IMG/VR virus record: IMGVR_UViG_3300032135_000040
Span: 1-30,234 of that record
Length of the DNA: 30,234 nt
Reading direction: 5' to 3' (one strand)
Source: a virus
Taxonomy: Duplodnaviria > Caudoviricetes
In this document: piece after piece, positions 25,644 to 30,234 of the stretch
How positions within the stretch are numbered: the first letter of the stretch is position 1
Layout of the letters: each line of letters starts with the position of its first letter
The notes under the pieces: generated by a model
Seen by the model: only the letters and a program-made list of their open reading frames with translations
Databases searched by the model: none
What the model was told of the DNA's origin: nothing
Position numbers and translations under genes: made by a program

Positions 25644-25862
25644 CTATTCCTCGTCGTTGTCGATGCGAGCACGAATGAGCGCAGCAGACTCGCGGGCGGC
25701 AAGTTTTATGTCTGCCGCTGCCAATAGCGCAATGTTTCGGGCGTGAATGGCGGGGGATGCGGGGATGTACCACTCGCCCTCGGTTTCCGGTTCAGCCCAT
25801 GGCAACGTGCCGGATTCTCCCTTGACGAAACCGCCGTCAGGCAGAGCTGAGGTGTCGGCCAT
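25644..25862 (-). CDS. 72-aa protein carrying a copy of the TMP C-terminal motif
   Basis: Tightly packed ORF; WAEPETEGEWYIPASPA versus TMP WAEPETGGEWYIPAAPA. Confidence 0.75.
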   Translation of the reverse strand: MADTSALPDGGFVKGESGTLPWAEPETEGEWYIPASPAIHARNIALLAAADIKLAARESAALIRARIDNDEE

Positions 25863-25864
25863 GA

Positions 25865-26212
25865 TCAGTTGAAGGACGTAGAGGGGAGGGTTGGGAGGGA
25901 CTTACCGTCACCGATGATCGTGCCGTCAAACATCTCTACGATCGCGAACGGGCCTTCATCGCCGGAATCGGGGTCGACTGGTGTGCCAGCCTTGACCTCA
26001 GCGGCTTTCCCGGGCTTCGCGGGCTTGCGCTTGCCGGAACGCTTCTTGGGCTGTACGGGGCGCTCAGTGTCCTCAATCGTGAAGTTGTGCAGCACGAGCG
26101 CTGCACGAACCTCTGGGTGGAGATCAGCAACCTCAGCGAACCCGTCATGAAAGGTCACGCCGACGAACGTCTGCTTACCGGCCTGCGGGCGCGGATGTGT
26201 GATGCGGGCCAT
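25865..26212 (-). CDS. Hypothetical protein following the capsid gene
   Basis: 115-aa ORF with GGAG RBS; VGVTFHDGFAEV N-terminus. Confidence 0.75.
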   Translation of the reverse strand: MARITHPRPQAGKQTFVGVTFHDGFAEVADLHPEVRAALVLHNFTIEDTERPVQPKKRSGKRKPAKPGKAAEVKAGTPVDPDSGDEGPFAIVEMFDGTIIGDGKSLPTLPSTSFN

Positions 26213-26242
26213 GATGCTCCGATCAGAGAGAGTGGGAGGGGT

Positions 26243-26279
26243 GCGAGGCCGCGACAGGGAGGATCTGCCGCGACCCCAC
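26243..26279 (-). terminator. Hairpin after the major capsid gene
   Basis: GTGGGGTCGCGGCAG...CTGTCGCGGCCTCGC on the minus strand, with G-U pairs. Confidence 0.55.
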
Positions 26280-26287
26280 GGGTCGGT

Positions 26288-27481
26288 CTAAACGAAGACC
26301 GGGAGACCACGCAGCTGGGCGTGAGCCTTCTCGTTGCCGTACTCCAGACCGATCTCGCCGTACAACTGCGAACGAGTCGCAGAGCCGACCTTGGCCAGCG
26401 GCTCTTCGAAGAAGTGACCTTGACCCTCAACTTCGAGGAAGAACGGTGAGAGCTGCTCAAGCGAAACAATCGCGAGAGCATCCTGCGGGAGCTGGCGGTC
26501 CAGCATGATGTTGAGCGTCCCGAAGTCCGTCTCGATCGTGGTGAGGTTCACACCACCGACGTTGCGGGTTCCGGCCAGCGGGTCGGACTTCGCGTACGCA
26601 GCCGCGTAGGTAGCGGTGAGGTTCCGCTTCTGCGAGGAGTTGCACGCGATCGTGGCCGAAACAACGTCACCCAGACCGCCGTTGTCGTACGCCTTCTGGA
26701 ACAGACCGTTGTAGGTGTCCAGGGTGGGCGCCGTCGAGGATACCGGGATGACCTTCACACCGGTGGCAGTGCCGAGCGTGATGGCCGCGCCACCAGAGGT
26801 AGCAGCGACCTTGAACGAGGCCGTCGTGGAGACCGACTCGACAAAGTACACCTTGCCGATGACCACCGAGGTGATCGCGTCGCGAGCAGTGAACACAACC
26901 TTGTCGCCAACGTTGAGCGCGTGAGTGACAGTGATGACGTTCGTTGCCGTGGTGGCGGTGAGTTCACCGGAACCGTAGATGACACGGTTCGTGCTGATTG
27001 CCTGCAACAGACCGCGGGTCTTGCGTGCGGTCGTGTTGTCGGTCGGCTTGTTGTACTCGCCATTCCAGAACGCGTGGTTCACGTCCTTCGCGACAGCCTT
27101 CAGCTCGTTCATGACCTGGTGGTCATGCTCGTTGGCGATGGGGTTTGTGCCCTCAACACCTGCCGTGTTCGTCTTGTTCTGGGTGCCCTGCTTCGTGTAC
27201 GAAGTTTCCACCGCAGAGTGGTGAATTTCGGCCACGTTCGTGACGTTTGAGCGGACACGCGACTGTCCGGCCGGAGCGTTCGCGCCCTCAAGCGCTACGT
27301 TCTGGTCGTTGTCGCGCAAATCCTCGATCTGCCATTCCTTCTCAGTCGACTTCACCGAGACACCACCGGTGAGACCACCGATAGCAGAGAGCAGAGGGGT
27401 TGCCTCCGGGGTGATCTGGAACAGTTCACCGACGAAGTTGGGCAGGTTGTATGTGGTGCCTTGACCGGTAATTCCGGGCAT
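26288..27481 (-). CDS. Major capsid protein (SU10/DUF5309-like) with an inserted beta domain
   Basis: TTYNLPNFVGELF..TP..TPLLSAIGGLTGG...ALEGANAP...RKTRGLL...ETDFG...LYGEIGLEYGNE. Confidence 0.9.
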   Translation of the reverse strand: MPGITGQGTTYNLPNFVGELFQITPEATPLLSAIGGLTGGVSVKSTEKEWQIEDLRDNDQNVALEGANAPAGQSRVRSNVTNVAEIHHSAVETSYTKQGTQNKTNTAGVEGTNPIANEHDHQVMNELKAVAKDVNHAFWNGEYNKPTDNTTARKTRGLLQAISTNRVIYGSGELTATTATNVITVTHALNVGDKVVFTARDAITSVVIGKVYFVESVSTTASFKVAATSGGAAITLGTATGVKVIPVSSTAPTLDTYNGLFQKAYDNGGLGDVVSATIACNSSQKRNLTATYAAAYAKSDPLAGTRNVGGVNLTTIETDFGTLNIMLDRQLPQDALAIVSLEQLSPFFLEVEGQGHFFEEPLAKVGSATRSQLYGEIGLEYGNEKAHAQLRGLPVFV

Positions 27482-27496
27482 GGTGACTCCTTGGGT

Positions 27497-28303
27497 TTAG
27501 GCGGATGCCTTCGCTGCCGCAATGCGGCGCTTGAGCGTGATGGATGATGCGACATCCCCGTCCTTGGTGGCCTTCGCGAGAAGAGCTTCGAGGTCGGGGA
27601 CACTGCCTCCCTTGTGTTCCGGGCTACCTGAGCTCGGCGGGGTGGCTTTCAACGCCGGGTTGGCCTGCAACTCGGCGGTGATGATGGCTGCGATAGCCGC
27701 TTCATCCGTCGGCTCTACCGACGCGATGGAAGCTTTGAACTTCTCGTTAGCGAGAAGCAGTTTCGGGGAACCACCAAGACCGTGAGCGAGGATGGCGACC
27801 TGTGTAGAAATCTGGCCAGCCTTCGCTGCAGCTTGTGCGGTGGTGAGGGTGGCATCCTGATCGGACACCTTCGTGGTGAGTTCGGTGACGCGAGCCTGCA
27901 GCTTGGCAGGGTCAGTCTCGAGTTCTTCGCCGCCACCGAGGAGCTTCGCGAGTGCGAGGTTCGACTGCTTCACAGCGTCGGCGGTTGCGGCCTTCACTGC
28001 TGCGTCGATCTCGGTCTTGGTGGAAGCTTTCTGGGCTGCGATGTCACCGCGGAGGTTCTCGACGAGTCGCTGTGCGCGGGCAGGGTCGAAGTTCTCGGCA
28101 GTCCATGGGGCTTTCGCGGCTTCTGCTTCAGCTGCGGCATCTGCAGCAGACTTCGCGGCTGCGGCCTGAGCGGCAGCATCGCCACCGTCTCCACCTTCGC
28201 CATTCTCGTAGCGGATGCCCATGAGCTGGTGCTTCGTGCGCCCGATGACAGCCATGCCGTCGACGTTGTGCTGAACAGGGATGGTGCTGGTCTGGATGGA
28301 CAC
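27497..28303 (-). CDS. Scaffolding protein
   Basis: Ala-rich helical protein immediately upstream of the capsid gene; RBS AAGGAG. Confidence 0.85.
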   Translation of the reverse strand: MSIQTSTIPVQHNVDGMAVIGRTKHQLMGIRYENGEGGDGGDAAAQAAAAKSAADAAAEAEAAKAPWTAENFDPARAQRLVENLRGDIAAQKASTKTEIDAAVKAATADAVKQSNLALAKLLGGGEELETDPAKLQARVTELTTKVSDQDATLTTAQAAAKAGQISTQVAILAHGLGGSPKLLLANEKFKASIASVEPTDEAAIAAIITAELQANPALKATPPSSGSPEHKGGSVPDLEALLAKATKDGDVASSITLKRRIAAAKASA

Positions 28304-28382
28304 GGTTGTACTCCTTCGCGGCGCCTGGCCGAGTTGGGTGGATCGCCTGCTCTTGCAGGACGTACTGGACGCGGGGCGTCTG

Positions 28383-28454
28383 TTCCGCTGGCGGGACTCG
28401 AACCCGCATACCGCTCGAAGCGGACTGGCCGTTACCCGTGCGGGTTACAGCGGA
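28383..28454 (-). ncRNA. tRNA-like element (intact acceptor stem and T arm, aberrant D/anticodon region)
   Basis: TCCGCTG...CAGCGGA 7-bp stem; GCGGG-TTCGAGT-CCCGC; no CCA; essentially no variable loop. Confidence 0.65.
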
Positions 28455-28462
28455 CCTTTTGG

Positions 28463-28705
28463 TTAGGCTGTTGGGCCTGTGGCGAAGATGCCGCGGTTGG
28501 CGCGCATCTGCACGTCTTCGAGAGCGGTGAGCGCAAGGGACTTGTTGCGGCCGTCAGGCACAAATGCGCCGATGTGCGAGGCGACCTGAACGATTGCCTC
28601 TTGAAGCTTTACGACCGCATGTTTCTGCTCGTCGGTTGCAGGCTTACCGGACGAGGCGGTGAAGAATCGCTGCTCAAGCGGGGTGGGTGTCGTGGACTCT
28701 GCCAT
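28463..28705 (-). CDS. Acb2/Tad1-like helical hairpin protein (candidate cyclic-nucleotide sponge)
   Basis: RBS AAGGAG before ATG 28705; RF...Q...VPDGRNKSLALTALEDVQMRANRGI. Confidence 0.6.
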   Translation of the reverse strand: MAESTTPTPLEQRFFTASSGKPATDEQKHAVVKLQEAIVQVASHIGAFVPDGRNKSLALTALEDVQMRANRGIFATGPTA

Positions 28706-28745
28706 GATGTTCTCCTTGATTCGACCCAGCCGTCTCGCTGGGAAG

Positions 28746-29963
28746 CTATTTGCCGTCTGCGAAGTGCAGCTGCTCGCGATAGTTCGAACGGTTCCGGCCG
28801 GTGTCGTTGATGAACTGACGCATGCTTGCTTGACGTTCGCGTACTTCGCGGGTCGCACGACGGCGGGAAACATCATCACCGGCAGTCGCAGCGTCACGCT
28901 TTGCCGCACGAATGTCGCGCTCGATCTGACGTTGCTTCGTGCGTTCCTTCTCCCGCTCGGGGGAGTATTCGAAGCCCTCCTGCGGGATCGACAGGCCGGG
29001 AAGGTAAACTGAAGTTTTATCACGACAATTCGGGTGCCCCCAGCCTGCAGCTTTCGCTTGGTCGAGGGTGCCCGCGATCTGCACAACAACCTGACGGTCT
29101 TCTGTCGCATGGGGAAGCGTCACAGCGCCGGTCTGTCCGTTGGTGGAAAGAATCTTCCCAATCCACGGGGCGCAAAACTTGCAAGCATCAATGCCGCCGA
29201 CGATGGTGACAAGGTTGAGACCTGATTGCTGCATCCGCCATATGCCAGCATCTTCGTAAGCACGGCGTACAGCGGTACGTCCGGCCATTTCGGCGTAGGA
29301 ACCGATGCGCCAGTTGCGGCCAGCTTTGTCTACGAATCCGGTGATGCCCTGCGACAGGAACTGTTGCACCGCCTGGGCTTGTGCGACCTTCATCGTTTGT
29401 CCGGTGAGAATCTGTGATGATGCGGTGAACGAGATGACCTTTTGGTACGCATCTTGTGGGTAGCGGGAGATGCGAAGGTGCATCGCTTCAAGGCGTGAAC
29501 TGAGGTCAATGGTCAGTGCAGCAACCGCTTGTGTTGCGTTGCCGGTGAGTGCGCTGGTCTGGGGGAGTCGTGAAGCCATCCGCAACCGTGCAGCGGCGGC
29601 GGCTTCGCCTTCCTTCGCAGCAATATCGATGAGTTCCTGCGCGAGCCCTGCACGACGCAGCTTGTCAGTGACCTCAATCGCGAGGAACTGCAACTCGCGG
29701 ATGGACTGTGCCCGGTATGCGGCAAGTTCAGCAAACGCCCGGTTCTGCGCGATGCGATCGGCGAGTACTTTTGTCTGATCGGCAGTGAGAGTCGCGGTCG
29801 CGAGCTTCTGCTGCAACGCCACATCACGGTAGGAACGTTTCGCAATCTCACGAATCAGCTCATCCTCGGCACCGGCATATCGTGCGGCAAGCTCGGCGCC
29901 CAACTCCTCGATCAAGTCCGCAGCATCTACCGGGTTGTCGAGGTTTGGAACGTATGCGGTCAC
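28746..29963 (-). CDS. MuF-like minor capsid protein
   Basis: GITGFVDKAGRNW...YAEMAGRT...CKFCAPWIGKILS...GHPNCR...QRQIERDIRAAKR...REQ. Confidence 0.9.
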   Translation of the reverse strand: MTAYVPNLDNPVDAADLIEELGAELAARYAGAEDELIREIAKRSYRDVALQQKLATATLTADQTKVLADRIAQNRAFAELAAYRAQSIRELQFLAIEVTDKLRRAGLAQELIDIAAKEGEAAAAARLRMASRLPQTSALTGNATQAVAALTIDLSSRLEAMHLRISRYPQDAYQKVISFTASSQILTGQTMKVAQAQAVQQFLSQGITGFVDKAGRNWRIGSYAEMAGRTAVRRAYEDAGIWRMQQSGLNLVTIVGGIDACKFCAPWIGKILSTNGQTGAVTLPHATEDRQVVVQIAGTLDQAKAAGWGHPNCRDKTSVYLPGLSIPQEGFEYSPEREKERTKQRQIERDIRAAKRDAATAGDDVSRRRATREVRERQASMRQFINDTGRNRSNYREQLHFADGK

Positions 29964-29965
29964 GG

Positions 29966-30234
29966 TTAGTTCTCGATGGGGTCATTGACGCCGGTGAACG
30001 TGGCAGGATCCGGCGCAGGCTTACCCTGCTCCAGCTGCACACGGGCGATCTCTTCCTTGATCTCAGTTTCTGTGAGGTTGTCGTCACGGACACGCTCACG
30101 CACACGCGCCTCAAGAGAGATCGCACGAGCCATGTCAAGAATCTGCAAGGTGCGTGCCCGCTTCTCAGGGTCTTCCTGCGAAATCTTCGCGAACGTGACC
30201 TCGGGACGCTCAAATTCGCCGCCGCCCTTGCCCG
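29966..30234 (-). CDS. Portal protein, C-terminal part (5'-partial)
   Basis: Frame open to the window edge: PEVTF...AISLEARVR...EIKEEIARV; upstream of MuF. Confidence 0.75.
   Translation of the reverse strand, partial: GKGGGEFERPEVTFAKISQEDPEKRARTLQILDMARAISLEARVRERVRDDNLTETEIKEEIARVQLEQGKPAPDPATFTGVNDPIEN

Larger units (their letters stand above)
1..30234. mobile_element. Temperate siphophage genome segment, unintegrated (attP-intact) arrangement
   Basis: Continuous phage gene order portal-MuF-scaffold-capsid-connectors-tail-lysis-attP-int-repressor-cro-xis-early genes. No host housekeeping genes; phage genes lie on both sides of the att core. Confidence 0.95.

Noticed and set aside
19181-25799. 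TMP and mini-gene repeat as a diversity-generating retroelement TR/VR pair
   Set aside because: Differences are mostly synonymous and not adenine-specific, the repeat is only about 50 bp, and no reverse transcriptase is in the window.
28746-28765. MuF C-terminal FADGK resembling TMP YADGG motifs
   Set aside because: Too short to distinguish from chance.
27782-28810. Long opposite-strand ORFs (also 20340-21263, 22684-23472, 9572-10405)
   Set aside because: Antisense shadows of well-supported genes in GC-rich DNA, with no recognisable motifs.
28706-29110. N-terminal extensions given by the ORF track (also to 14181, 15071, 8759, 6224, 4054)
   Set aside because: They overlap other genes or leaders; internal starts with an RBS or stop/start coupling fit better.

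Overview
A continuous ~30 kb segment of a temperate, high-GC actinobacterial siphophage, probably with a non-mycolic Micrococcales/Microbacteriaceae-like host (inference: M23 endolysin, no lysin B in the lysis region, LAxTG sorting signal). It is in the excised, attP-intact arrangement. The left arm (1-9300, minus strand) holds early genes: a SNF2-like helicase (partial), RusA, a RecT-like/YqaJ pair, an SMC-like ATPase, small ORFs, a sortase-type surface protein, a BRO/ANT antirepressor, Xis and Cro. The centre holds repressor plus tyrosine integrase, attP (3' half of tRNA-Thr(CGT)) with arm-type repeats, a second HTH cluster and a lipoprotein. The right arm (12600-30234, minus strand) holds lysis, tail and head genes up to the portal C-terminus. 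Most notable: (1) a free-standing 72-aa gene in the head-tail module carrying a near-identical copy of the tape-measure C-terminal motif; (2) an Acb2/Tad1-like sponge candidate next to a tRNA-like element in the head module; (3) matching putative antisense-RNA/hairpin cassettes over the translation starts of the antirepressor and the HNH gene; (4) a second divergent HTH switch with a Cro paralogue that seems to lack its recognition helix; (5) a phage-encoded LAYTG cell-wall-anchored protein. All family assignments come from motif recognition by eye; no database searches were run.
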